Shown in pieces: positions 8,827 through 19,592 of a DNA stretch of 32,928 nt. Location: assembly GCA_001275005.1 (NCBI GenBank), contig JWZX01002499.1, forward strand, positions 1 through 32,928. Direction: 5' to 3'. The stretch is from Chrysochromulina tobinii. Lineage: Eukaryota. How positions within the stretch are numbered: position 1 is the first letter of the stretch; the number at the start of each line of letters is the position of its first letter. The notes beneath the pieces are model-generated. The model worked only from the letters and a program-made list of their open reading frames with translations. It searched no databases and was not told the DNA's origin. The position numbers and the translations under genes were made by a program.

Positions 8827-9221
8827 GAAAGGGTCAGCTCTACAGAGACACACGTGAAAACGCGAAGGTGCACCGACTCGGCCACTACCACACGAAACTT
8901 GCGAAAAGGTCAGTTGAAACCGACACGCGACAGTCTGACACACCTACGCGAGCCCGAGCAATGAGCCCGAGCGCACCCCGTCATCAGATTTTTGCCATGT
9001 TATTTTTGCGTGTTGCACGATGTGTGTCGGACTTGGTCGTCGGACTAACGTCGGACTTGTGTCTACACCGGGCACTGGCCAGGCCACCACACTCTCGAAA
9101 CACCAGACTGGTCAGATCTGAAACGACACACGCTAGCGTGAAGCGTGACTGTCTTTGAACCTTGAGAAAGGGTCAGTTGAATCGACACACAAGGTACCGA
9201 CCAGCCACTACCACGCGAAAC
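8827..9221. repeat. Cluster of imperfect direct repeats (GGTCAG...GACAC x4; GCCACTACCAC-CGAAAC x2; GTCGGACT x3)
   Basis: Long similar copies at 8827-8898 and 9166-9221, partial copies near 8903 and 9110, and GTCGGACT at 9026, 9039 and 9050. Confidence 0.7.
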
Positions 9222-9541
9222 ACTGCCACGCAGTGGTCGCGTCGCTCGGTGGACTAACACACCGGCGAGGATTATCAAGGATCCGGCCCCCACCCCCGTC
9301 CCGGCCACGCTACATCTATCGGCCCCCGGCCGATAGTTCACGTGACCGGCCTCCCATGCCCCCCAAGGAAAAAGAACCAGCGACAGGGGCACACTGTTCG
9401 TTGCTGGAGAGGGTGTGCCCAATGGTGCCCCCCCTTCTTAAATGTTCTTTGGCGCATTTTTGCGCTTGTACTTGCAATTCGTGCCTGCTGCACTCCCGAG
9501 GGCCATCCGTGAGAGAGAGGCGGTGTGTGTGAGTACGGACG

Positions 9542-10904
9542 TTACGCGCTGTCATCGTCATCGTTATCATCGTTGTTGTTATCATCGTGATCATCGTCGT
9601 CCTGATCGTCCTCGGAATCGGAACCGTCTCCGGTCTGGTCGTCAAGAGGTTTCTCTTCCACTGGCTGACGATACCCGAGTGTGTCCGTACATGCGACGGT
9701 GAGCTCGGCACATGCAAGTGCAGGCGTTATGTGGGGAGCGAGCCTCATGATGACGCCATCGTGTTGAAGATTGGTCACAGTGCCGCCGTTGCATCTATAT
9801 GCCCAGTCGATTTTCGCCTGACGCGAGAGCCCTTCTGCCTCCTGAAGGAAGTAAGACTTTGCTGTGAGGGCGCACCGGTGCCTTTTTTCAGGTTTATGGA
9901 TGCAAAGCCAATCGTTGACAAAGGTTATCATGGCAGGCATTCGGTGTTCGAATTCACGCGTGAGGTCCTTACGGCTGTTCTCGTACGCACTGAGACGAAA
10001 GATGGCGCCGTCTGTGCCCACGTCAAAGGGTGGCATAGGGCCGTCCCACGGACGTGTGTTTTGACATTTGTGGGTATGTTCCCATGCACGGAGGGAGCCG
10101 TCATTGTCTAGTGCGTTGAAGAGCTGTTTCGCAGCGGAGCGGCGTACGGCGATTGGCGTTTGTGCGCCAAGGAAATAAAGGCCTACTTCCGCTAGGATTT
10201 GTTCGCGATGTAGCATGAAGAGATGCGCTTGTTCGCGACCGGCTGTAAAGACATTCAGGAGGGTGCGTGGGTATGCCGCTGAATCATCGAGATCCGAGCC
10301 ATGCTTTGAGAAGGCGAGGTTGCGCAAGAGCCGCGGAAGTCGGAACGGGTCCGTCATGTTGGGACATGCATATTCGCGAGAGGCGACAAGAAAACCCGAA
10401 GCAATGAGTTCGGCCCCTAAAAGGGAATGCCAGTATGCGATGCGCACGGTGGCCTTACCATTAAGACTTTGAATAAATTTGCATGCGCGCTCACGAAGCG
10501 TGCCGTGGCCATCCTGGCGGGGGGCGTCCGCGGCATGGCCCGCGTCACGGATGTATTTTGCGACAGCTGCAGCATTAACCGGGCAGTCAAGATGTCGCGT
10601 AACGGGCTGAAGACCCACTTGGATGAGACGGGTCGCAAGGTTATGTTGGTGTATTGGGTCGAGAAGGAGTGTACGTGCGGCGCTTACTCGGCGTCCCGCT
10701 TCCGGTGCGCGGGACCCAGTGTCAAGAGATAGACGGGCAAGGACAGCCTCCGTATACGCATGGATCCGCAGAGGGGAAAGTGCATGTTGGAGAGAAACTG
10801 GGATCGGGATGGCGAGGGTTCCGAAGGCGTGGGTGGCGCGCAAGACACGGTCGGACTCTGTAATTTCGTGCGCTCGGTTCGGTCGTGATCGCATTATTGG
10901 AATG

Positions 10905-10942
<38 letters not shown>

Positions 10943-11149
10943 AGGCGGCGGTATCGGCGGTACGTACGACGGTGTCGGTGGTACGCACGGTTCGGCCGCC
11001 TTGGGCGGGGGTGGCTGTACCGGGCACGCCGAGTAACGTGTGATGCCATGGCGGCCCTGATTTGCGAGCCGATCGGCCCAATCGTTCCAATGTTGGTTGC
11101 TGTGACCTTTAACATGCTTCATCCAGAGTTGCCCGGCCGTGGACTTCAT
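9542..11149 (-). CDS. 5'-truncated mobile-element-like polyprotein: RNase H C-terminal half, poly-Pro linker, degenerate J-like domain, PolA-like (TV-Pol type) polymerase domain, acidic tail
   Basis: RNase H1 signature HVKGHS..WNDWADRLA..G. Polymerase-like motifs REYA..LPRLLR, DLDDSAAYP (motif A), RRSAAKQLFNAL (motif B), YFLQEAE and LQHDGV (motif C). An in-frame stop lies a few codons upstream of the ATG. Confidence 0.65.
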
Positions 11150-11261
11150 GAGCGATATTTTTGGTCAACGCGGGGAGTTTTTAGGCTTTTAGTCTAAACA
11201 GGGAAGTTGCAGTCACCCGCGAACGGCCCCGAGTGTCGCGCTTCAAACTAAGGGCCTGAGC

Positions 11262-13742
11262 TCACCTCGAGCCCGACTCGACCTGCTCGCCGACGAGATG
11301 CCGATAGCTTGGGCGGCCGTCGGCAGGTAGCTGTTTGGCCATGAGCTCCACATGCGTACCCTGCTCGACGACGGCGCCTGCGTGCATCATGACGATCTGA
11401 TCGGCATGGCGCACTGTGCTCAGTCGATGGGCGATGATCAGCGTTGTGCGCCCCACCATAGCCGTCTCAAGCGCCAGCTGCACTGCGGCCTCACTCTCGG
11501 TGTCCAGAGCGGACGTCGCCTCATCGAGCAGCAGGAGCTGTGGATCGAGCATCAGGCAACGCGCAATCGCGATGCGCTGCTTCTGGCCGCCGGAGAGCTG
11601 GACGCCTCTTTCACCAACGGGCGTCTGATACCCGTCGCCAAGCTCATGCATGATGAAGCTGTGCGCATTCGCGGCCGTGGCCGCCGCGATCATCCGCGCG
11701 CGTAGTGTGGAACGCCTCGCCTCGACTGCCGCTGCGTCGTCGCCGTCGGCGGCATGGGCGAACGCGCCGAGGCCGTAAAGGATGTTCTCCTCGACGGTGC
11801 CCGACATGAGGACCGGCTCCTGCGAGACGAGCGCGACCCTCTGGTGCAGCAACTCGTGCCGCATCTCCTTGACATCGACGCCATCCAAAGCCACCGTTCC
11901 ACTGCGTGCCTCATAAAAGTGCACGAGGAGGCTGAAGACAGTTGACTTGCCGTTGCCACTCGCGCCGACGAGAGCGATGCGCTGGCCGCAGGGCACCTCG
12001 AGACTGAAATTGCACAAGACTTCGGTCTCGGGACGCGTGGGATAGGCGAAGAAGACGTTACGCAGGGTGACGGCGCAGCCACCGCTTCCCCCCCCATGGC
12101 CATCGATGGAGGCATCCCACAGCCTGTTGGTCTGCACCTCGCGGGTGCTCGACTCGTATCGCTTAGCGGCGGCCGCGGAGGACGCAGACTCCATCCCAGG
12201 AATGACCACCGTCCCACCGTGCGCGTACCGAGGCCGCCGCTCTATGTAGTCGATCACCTTGGCTGCAGCGCCCGAAGATTTGAGGAGCGAGGTGAACGAA
12301 TTGAATAGGTTTTGGAAGTACTCTTGCAGCTGACCCTGGTAGAGCATGAAGGCGAGGAGCACGTGCGCGTCGAGCAGATGCTCCCTGTGCAGGTACGAGC
12401 CGTATGCCAGCAGGGCGCCCTGGACGACGGTGTTGATCAGGAACGTGTTGCACATCGCGTAGTAGAGCCCCTGCACGACAAACTGGCGCATGATCAGACG
12501 AAAGTAGACGTCGACGCGTCGGCGGTAGCGCTCGTGCTCACTCGGTTCCGTCGCGAACGCGGCCACAGTGCGGATCGCACCGATCGCTTCCGTCGCCACC
12601 GAGTTGGCCTCCGCCAGAGCCGACTGCACCTTTTCCTGATTCCTGTGCATGAACGTTGCATAGGACCTGTTGATCAGGGAGGTGACTGGAACGATGGCGA
12701 GCGCAAGCAGACCGAGACGCCAGGAGCGGTAGAACATATAGGCGAGGATGCCGCCAATGCGCACGAGGGCCTCGATGGTGAAACGGAAGACCCACGTCAG
12801 GTCGTTGGCCATCTCGGCGCAGTCCGCTGTCAGTCGAGAGGTGATCTCTCCCGATTTGGTCGCGTCGAAGAAGGCGATGTCTTGGCGTAGGATCGCCGCG
12901 TATAAGTCGAGGCGCAGGCCGCGGATGATGCGCTGCTGTGCGGCCCCGAAGAGATAGACGCACCAAAAGTCGAGGATGGCGTCGCCCGTGCCGCACACCA
13001 AGAGGTACGCCACATTGCGGTACGCGCCATCAAGGTCATCGCGAGCCACACACCCGATCGTCTCCGCCACCCAATGCGGGATCGAGAGTGACAGGGGCAG
13101 GCGCACCAACAGCACCGCGCATCCCCAATAGAGCCACGACCGATGCGGCTGAGCAATCCGCAGGAGCTGCAGCGTGCCGTATCCTCGGCGCGCTCGCCGC
13201 GCCTCTGCCTCCTCGCCCACGGTCTCCTTCGGCTCCGACACGTGTTCGCCACCGTCGTTGTTGCCGGGCACCAGACGTGCTCCTTGCACGGAGGCTGTGC
13301 TTTGCGGTGGCGAGTCCTGCGCTACGTTAATCATCGCGCTGCCGGGCAGCAGCGGAGCTCCGAGGCTGCTGCCACCCATGCCGCCTGCTGGCAGGGCACT
13401 GAACGCGAGGATCCGCAGCGAGAGGGCAAGCACGTGCACTAGGAGCAGCACGCCGCCACCAATGGTGGCCAGCAGGAGAAACCACTTTTCGACCTCGTCT
13501 CGATGATAGGCTGCAAATCCCAAAGCGGTGGCGAGCAGAGCAAAGCCAAAGGCCAGGGGATACAGCGGATTCGCGTGGCAAATGCCGGCTGCGACCGCGA
13601 TGGCTGCGATGCAATGCAGTGTGCCGAGCCACACTGATAGCCACGGTAATTGATCCGATGCGATCAGCCACACTCCTATTGCACAGAGTATCGCCGCGTC
13701 GATCGACAGGAGCCAGTAGATGAAATTCAGAGCTGCGGTCAT
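11262..13742 (-). CDS. ABC transporter B-family half transporter (TAP/ABCB9-like) with extra N-terminal TM domain
   Basis: Walker A GASGNGKST, Q-loop VSQEP, signature LSGGQKQR, Walker B LLLDEATSALD, H-loop IAHRLST. TMD with QDIAFFD..SGEITSRL. Confidence 0.93.
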   Translation of the reverse strand: MTAALNFIYWLLSIDAAILCAIGVWLIASDQLPWLSVWLGTLHCIAAIAVAAGICHANPLYPLAFGFALLATALGFAAYHRDEVEKWFLLLATIGGGVLLLVHVLALSLRILAFSALPAGGMGGSSLGAPLLPGSAMINVAQDSPPQSTASVQGARLVPGNNDGGEHVSEPKETVGEEAEARRARRGYGTLQLLRIAQPHRSWLYWGCAVLLVRLPLSLSIPHWVAETIGCVARDDLDGAYRNVAYLLVCGTGDAILDFWCVYLFGAAQQRIIRGLRLDLYAAILRQDIAFFDATKSGEITSRLTADCAEMANDLTWVFRFTIEALVRIGGILAYMFYRSWRLGLLALAIVPVTSLINRSYATFMHRNQEKVQSALAEANSVATEAIGAIRTVAAFATEPSEHERYRRRVDVYFRLIMRQFVVQGLYYAMCNTFLINTVVQGALLAYGSYLHREHLLDAHVLLAFMLYQGQLQEYFQNLFNSFTSLLKSSGAAAKVIDYIERRPRYAHGGTVVIPGMESASSAAAAKRYESSTREVQTNRLWDASIDGHGGGSGGCAVTLRNVFFAYPTRPETEVLCNFSLEVPCGQRIALVGASGNGKSTVFSLLVHFYEARSGTVALDGVDVKEMRHELLHQRVALVSQEPVLMSGTVEENILYGLGAFAHAADGDDAAAVEARRSTLRARMIAAATAANAHSFIMHELGDGYQTPVGERGVQLSGGQKQRIAIARCLMLDPQLLLLDEATSALDTESEAAVQLALETAMVGRTTLIIAHRLSTVRHADQIVMMHAGAVVEQGTHVELMAKQLPADGRPSYRHLVGEQVESGSR

Positions 13743-14068
13743 GCTCGGAGGTCAGGACGGGAAGACAGAGGCGATGTGTCCGAGAGGACTTGTGTTCCTC
13801 TGGTGGAAGTACAGTAAGTGTGAATTGTCTGTTAATACCGTGCATCGGACACGCGTTCACCGTTGCGAGGCACTGTGCGTGTGAGGTTTGTCACTTTGCC
13901 CCCACGGCCCCTTCTGCCCCTTCGCCCATATGTATACCGGGTGCTGCCCTGAGCCATGTCGGGTTGCGCAAGGCGCAGGGCGAGGAAAGAAGAGGGGTGT
14001 CAACGGTCGCCAGACGACGTGCTCACATCTAAGAGTGCGCTCCGATGCGTTTGGGCGCGTTCAAAACT

Positions 14069-14590
14069 TCAAATCGCCCTGTAATTCGTCGCATCGCCGA
14101 TGCCCACGTGCTTGCTCGCAGCCTCTGCTGCTAGCGACGCGTAATCATCAACGCCCAGCGGCGCCTGGTAGGGGGCAGCGGGTGGCAGCCCACGCCCCGA
14201 ATCAGCATCATCGTCGCCATAGCCGCCCGCTCCCACCATTCGATACGCGTTCGTCGCTGCACCGAACTTGAGCACCGCATTGAACATGAGCATCGCACCG
14301 GCCCACGCGCTGCAGTGGAACAGCTGCATCAAGTCAGTCAAGATCGTGCAGCCCACAAAGACGCACAGCCCAAGCAGTTGCGCGTCGCTGCGGCTGCGTG
14401 CTGCGACCAGCGCAAGGAGCGCGATGGCAAGGTTGACGGCAGTCGGGAAGTTGGTGCCAAGGCTGCCGCCAAGAGAGCAGCTGAACGATAGAAGACCGAA
14501 GGTCTCGACGCGCTCGGGCACGTCCAGGAACATGAACGCTTGCATACCTTGCCTGATGCGTCCGGAGAGCATGATCAGAACGTCGTCCAT
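14069..14590 (-). CDS. Hypothetical small multi-pass membrane protein
   Basis: 173 aa with about 4 hydrophobic segments and a polar C-terminal tail. No family recognised with confidence. Confidence 0.6.
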   Translation of the reverse strand: MDDVLIMLSGRIRQGMQAFMFLDVPERVETFGLLSFSCSLGGSLGTNFPTAVNLAIALLALVAARSRSDAQLLGLCVFVGCTILTDLMQLFHCSAWAGAMLMFNAVLKFGAATNAYRMVGAGGYGDDDADSGRGLPPAAPYQAPLGVDDYASLAAEAASKHVGIGDATNYRAI

Positions 14591-14791
14591 GTGTTACAAT
14601 GTATCCGGATACAGAACCAAGGCTCGTCGTGATCCTGCAATCGTCCGTGAACAAGATAGTTGAGGGCCTCTCGTGACCGGTTTCAATCCTGAGTGGTGTG
14701 TCACTGTTCCCCGAGAATCCGAACCTTTTTTCCCGTCTCTGTGAAAGGATCAACCGTCGCGCGACGCTCGTGCCAACCGGCCATCGGCGCG

Positions 14792-15556
14792 ATGCCGACC
14801 ATGGCGAGCGGTCGGATGCGCGAGAATCGGGCATCCAAGACCGAGGTCAGGGAGCTACGAGTTCCTGATCCCCTCGAACAGCGAAAAGCCATCTGGAACA
14901 ACAGCACCGCCAGCGGCAGCCGGTTCCCCGACCGTCCGATGATGCGGCAACTGTCAGCTTACGATTCGCTGAAGCGTGCTGACGTCAATCTAAGATCTGA
15001 GGTGGTCGATTCGGTGGATAAGACGCAATACTACCCGCACACCAGCAAACTGCATCTCAACGAGCGCACCCTCGATCTGAGGCGCCTGCAGCATCCCCAC
15101 AGAATCTCGAGAGTGGAGTTCCCGAATCACCCCAACCTCATGAGCAAGCCGCGGTGGGATCCGTCTACCGGGCATGGCGGCGATCAGTATGGTGCCGATA
15201 AGCTGCGTGATCTAAGCATCGAGCGCGAGACCGCATGGGCCATGGAGTACTCCAGGCAGCATCCGCCAAAGCGTCGTCATGAGACTCTCCTTCAACGAGA
15301 GGAGATATTCATGGCGGAGAAGCGCGAGGCGATCCGTGAAGCACGCATGGGTGCTTTCAGCGCACGGGCCTCCACTGCGCCCGCCTCGATGACGGGCACG
15401 AGCAGTGGGAGCCAGAGCGCGCGCCAACTCGCACACCTCACGTCTCTCGGTCACACTGTACATCAGGGCTTTGGTGTGCTAGAACTCCCACCATTGCCGG
15501 CGGACCAGCGCGTCCCATGTAAAAAGGTGACCACTTGGAGCCTCGGCGGCTTTTAA
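14792..15556 (+). CDS. Hypothetical protein
   Basis: Long ORF with natural soluble-protein composition, divergent from the 14590 gene. First ATG at 14792. Confidence 0.6.
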   Translation: MPTMASGRMRENRASKTEVRELRVPDPLEQRKAIWNNSTASGSRFPDRPMMRQLSAYDSLKRADVNLRSEVVDSVDKTQYYPHTSKLHLNERTLDLRRLQHPHRISRVEFPNHPNLMSKPRWDPSTGHGGDQYGADKLRDLSIERETAWAMEYSRQHPPKRRHETLLQREEIFMAEKREAIREARMGAFSARASTAPASMTGTSSGSQSARQLAHLTSLGHTVHQGFGVLELPPLPADQRVPCKKVTTWSLGGF

Positions 15557-15678
15557 TGGTGCAGGTGTCAGTATCTTTAGAAGAAAGTCTGAGTTTCCTT
15601 ACAAGACTGGCCCCCGCCGAGACACGGGGGCGGGGGGGAGAGTGAGCGAGCGCGTTTGTGTTTCACAGCAGCAGCAGC

Positions 15679-16422
15679 ATGCCGCGATTCCTCCACTCGC
15701 TGCCCTTGCTCGCGCTCGCGACGCTCGCGACCCTCAGCGATGCGCTGATTGTGCGCGCTCCCAAAACGCGCGTCCACATGCGCGCCAGCGGTGCGACGAC
15801 GGTTGACGGCGTGCGCATCGGCCCGCCGCCCGACCTGCCTTCGCTGCTGCTGAACAACCGCATCGTGTACCTTGGCCTGCCGCTTGTGGCCTCGGTCACC
15901 GAGCTCGTGGTCGCGCAGCTGCTCTACCTCAATTACGAGAGCCCCGAGAAGCCCGTCTACCTCTACGTCAACTCTGTGGGCTCATCGCTGGGCCGGCAGA
16001 TCGCTGGGTTCGAGACGGAGGCCTTTGCGATCGCAGACACGATGAACTACGTGGCGCCCGAGATCGAGACCATCTGCGTCGGCACTGCCTTCGGCACCGC
16101 GGCCATGCTGCTTGCTAACGGCGCGAAGGGCAAGCGCGCCGCGCTGCCCAACGCGTCGATCATGCTGCGCCAGCCGATCGGCCAGGCGAGAGGCCAGGCT
16201 TCGGACATTGCGCTCAAGGCGCGCGAGGTGCTGATGGCTCGGCAGGTGATCAACTCGATCATCGCCGAAAAGACGGGTCAGACGATCGAAAAGGTGCAGC
16301 TCGACTCGGCGCGCTCCAAGTACCTCAACGCCGACCAGGCCCTCGAGTACGGCATCATCGACCGCGTGCTGCGCTCCACTGACGACCTGCCCGCGAAGCC
16401 CTCGTTCCTCGAGGCGCTGTAG
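15679..16422 (+). CDS. clpR: ClpR (non-catalytic ClpP-like subunit), probably plastid-targeted
   Basis: PPPDLPSLLLNNRIVYLG, VAQLLYL, GQARGQASDI, ALEYGIIDRV. Catalytic Ser and His are replaced (AFGTAA, MLRQP). N-terminal signal peptide MPRFLHSLPLLALATL. Confidence 0.9.
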   Translation: MPRFLHSLPLLALATLATLSDALIVRAPKTRVHMRASGATTVDGVRIGPPPDLPSLLLNNRIVYLGLPLVASVTELVVAQLLYLNYESPEKPVYLYVNSVGSSLGRQIAGFETEAFAIADTMNYVAPEIETICVGTAFGTAAMLLANGAKGKRAALPNASIMLRQPIGQARGQASDIALKAREVLMARQVINSIIAEKTGQTIEKVQLDSARSKYLNADQALEYGIIDRVLRSTDDLPAKPSFLEAL

Positions 16423-16795
16423 GCCGATGCGGTGCGCCGAGGATGCCGAGAGGCCGCGCAGCCACAAGGAAGGAGAGACAGAGACTGTATGCAGGGAGAA
16501 GTGACGCCGTGCCCAATTTGTCCGAAGGGCGCGGGTTTGTACATCAACAAGGGCCCCCAGAGGAATTGGGGGGGTCCTCAGCGTAACTAAAGTACCGCGG
16601 TCCGCGGAGGAAATAGCAGAGAGCCGGTGATGGAGTGAGCGCGGGGATCCGCGAAATAAGTTTGACTTTTCGTCATACATTGTACATTTCGCGCGTCTTC
16701 CTGAGCTGCGTCCAACGGCCGGTGAGCGTCGGAGAGAGCCTTCGAAGAGCAATTCCTGTGTTCGCAAATCGGCGGCGGGTAACCTTCCCAACTTC

Positions 16796-19130
16796 ATGCC
16801 GGCACCAGCTCCAGCTCCAGCTCCCGCAGGCGGCGCAGCTGGGCGTGGCGCCGGCCGTGGCGCGGCGCCGGCGCCGGCGCCGTCGGCTGCCGCTCCGCGC
16901 AAGCCCGCAGCTGCGAAGCCGCCGTGGCAGGGCCCGCTCGACGTGAAGCAGGAGCGAGGTGCTGAGAACAAGCCACCCGGCTATGTGCAGGAGTCGCTGT
17001 CGGCCACGCTGCCGAGCTTCAAGAGGCCTGTCCACGTGGGGGACCGGCGTGCGCGACCGGCACTCGAAGCGCGAGGGCATCTGTATGTATGTGGGCGTCG
17101 CCGAGTTTGCGCGCGGCAAGGAAGTGTGTGGCCTGCGCCTGGATGTGAAGCGCACGACGACCGACTGCGACGGCAAGTACCGCGGCGAGCGGCACTTCCG
17201 CTGCACGCCCGGTCACGGCCTGTACATTCCGCTCGAGGACGCCGAGTTCATCGCCCTCGCCTCGGACGATGACTTTCAGCGCGCGCACACTCCCACCCCG
17301 GCGGCCGCCCCGGGCACCGCGCCAGCGGCGGCGAAGCGCGGCACGTCAGATGACACGCCGCTGCCGGCGCCATCGAATTTTGACCTCGACAAGGAGCTCG
17401 ACGGCATCGCGGGCCTCGAGGAGGTCAAGGAGATGCTCCGCGGCCTGCGCAACGCTGTCGAGGTGCGCCGCCGACGCTCCTCGTTTGGCGTCAACGACGA
17501 GCGCACGATGCACATGCTCTTCCTTGGCAACCCTGGCACGGGTAAGACGAAGGTGGCGCGGCTCGTCGCGCGCATGCTCCACTCGCTCGGTATCCTCAAG
17601 AAGGGCCAGCTGATCGAGGTGACCCGCAAAGACCTCATCGGACCGCACCATGGAGAGACGGCGCAGCTCACGGCCGAAGCTTGCAAGAAGGCGCTCGGCG
17701 GCGTGCTCTTCATCGACGAGGCGTACGCGCTGCGCAATGAGGGCTCGTCCGACTCGGCGGGCCAGGAGTGCGTCAACACTCTCGTGAAGGAGAGCGAAGA
17801 GCATGCGAACGACCTCGTGCTCATCCTCGCGGGCTACCAAAAGGAGATGACCACGTTTCTCGCGACCAATTCCGGCCTCTCCTCGCGCTTCCCCAACGTG
17901 TTCAACTTCGCCGACTACTCGTACGCGGACCTGGCGAGCATCCTGCGCACCACGGCCAACGAGAAGGGCTTCACCGTTGACGAGAGCCTCTCCGAGGCCG
18001 GGCTCCTGTCGCTCGTCCAGCGGTGCATCCGGGCGGCCGAGATCCCTAAGGGGAACGGCCGGCTCGTGCGCAACATCGTCGAGGCGGCCATCGCACGCCA
18101 GACGAACCGCGTTTTCAGCCTGGGCACCGTCTCGCGCGGCACCCTCACGACGCTGCTCGAGGAAGACTTTGCGGGCGACGGGGAGCAGCAAGGGCTCGAC
18201 TCGGTCCCCGAGGTGCTCAAGCGCCTCGAAAACATCGTGGGGCTCGACAGCGTCAAGACGTACGCGAAGCAGCTGATGGCGCAGCTGCAGATGCGCGCGC
18301 AGCGCAAGGAGGCGGGACTGCCCGTGCCCGCGGACGCGTCCCTCCATATGATCTTCTCAGGCAACCCAGGCACGGGCAAGACCACCGTCGCGCGCATCCT
18401 CGCGCAAGCCTTCAAATCCCTCGGGATGCTACGAGTCGGACACCTGCTAGAGGTGGACCGTGCGCAGCTCGTGGCCGGGTACGCGGGGCAGACGGCCATC
18501 AAGACGAAGCAGATGGTCGAGTCGGCGCTCGGGGGCGTCCTCTTCGTCGACGAGGCGTACACGCTCGTCTCTGACGACCGCGATACCTTTGGCAAGGAGG
18601 CGCTCGACACACTGATGAAGTTGACCGAGGACTACCGTGACGACCTCATCGTCATCCTCGCCGGCTACCCGGCGGACATGCGCAAGCTCCTCGCGCGCAA
18701 CCCAGGGCTCAAATCTCGCTTCCCGTCGGAGATCGTCTTCTCCGACTACTCAGCTGATGAGCTCATGCGGATCACCGAGACCTTCCTCGGTGAGGAGCTT
18801 CTCAAGCTCTCGCCGGACGCGAGAGAGGCGCTCACCACGATCTATACGATCATGGCCTCGGTGCACGACCGTGAGAATGGCAACGGGCGCGCCGTGCGCA
18901 ACCTGCTCGAGCGCGCCAAACGCTCCCAAGCGCTCCGCCTCATGGAGCTTGGGCGCAAGGCCACCCGCGACGAGCTCTCGATCCTCACCATGGACGATTT
19001 CGAGGAGACCTTGAGCGAGATGCGAAACGCACCCGAGCCCCGACCCCATGGCTTCGGCCAGGTGGGCCACGAAGGTGGTGGCAGCGGCGGCGGCGGCCCA
19101 TCGGAACTCCACATCGCGTATGCGCAGTGA
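16796..19130 (+). CDS. CAP-Gly domain + two CbbX/SpoVK-type AAA+ ATPase modules; apparent +1 frameshift at 17046-17047
   Basis: CAP-Gly: VHVGD(R)VRD...GICMYVG...CGLRLD...CDGKYRGERHFRC..GHGLYI. Two modules with GNPGTGKT, GGVLF(I/V)DEAY, ILAGY, N.GL.SRF and GNGR.VRN. Confidence 0.85.
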
Positions 19131-19592
19131 GTTCGCGCCCGGCGCGTTGGGCGCCTGGCGGAAGCTGTGCGCCCGAAGTGGCGCTCGACACGGCGGCCGG
19201 CGGAGCACCGCCCTGCGAGCGAGGCCTAGAGGACAAAAGGGTACAGGCGGCAGTTGGCGCGGGGGGCGCAGACGTCGATGCACAGCTCGGCTCGCGCTTT
19301 CGGTTTCGCTTCGGCCATCGCGGTCCTCTCGTTCGCATGTGCGAGCACATCTGGCGCACTGCATGTATCTGCAACAACAGTCACTCAGTCTAGTTGCCAT
19401 GGCTAGATATGCGTTGATTATTTTTCACACGACCCGCGCCTCCCCGACGCTTGATCGCCGGCGTGACTCGCTCGTGGGAAGTCACCAGCCCGGACACGAC
19501 ACCGAGGCGATGGAATTAGACGAGGGCCGCAATCGCCCGCTCTCTCGCGCACTTTAACACAGGCAACGACCGCCGCTCCCCACTGCTCGCTC

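Noticed and set aside
9355..9532. Plus-strand gene starting MPPKEKEPAT
   Set aside because: The frame is short with no recognisable domain or supportable splice pattern.
8780..11260. Terminal inverted repeats or TSD around the RNase H-polymerase region
   Set aside because: Only a 6-nt GGCCCT/AGGGCC match was found, which is not significant. The element boundaries remain undefined.
15679..16422. Active ClpP protease
   Set aside because: The catalytic Ser and His positions are substituted and the N-terminal PPDLPSLLL motif is ClpR-type.
15610..16580. GC-rich hairpins near 15610-15632 and 16552-16578 as Helitron ends or terminators
   Set aside because: There is no adjacent CTRR terminus, intrinsic terminators are not expected in a eukaryote, and such stems arise easily at this GC content.
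15982..18610. Long antisense ORFs (e.g. 15982..16971, 17346..18347, 17915..18610)
   Set aside because: They are shadow frames of GC3-rich coding genes on the opposite strand, with no motifs.
16959..19130. Bona fide CbbX Rubisco activase
   Set aside because: It has two AAA modules plus CAP-Gly and no plastid-targeting signal, so it is only the same AAA family.
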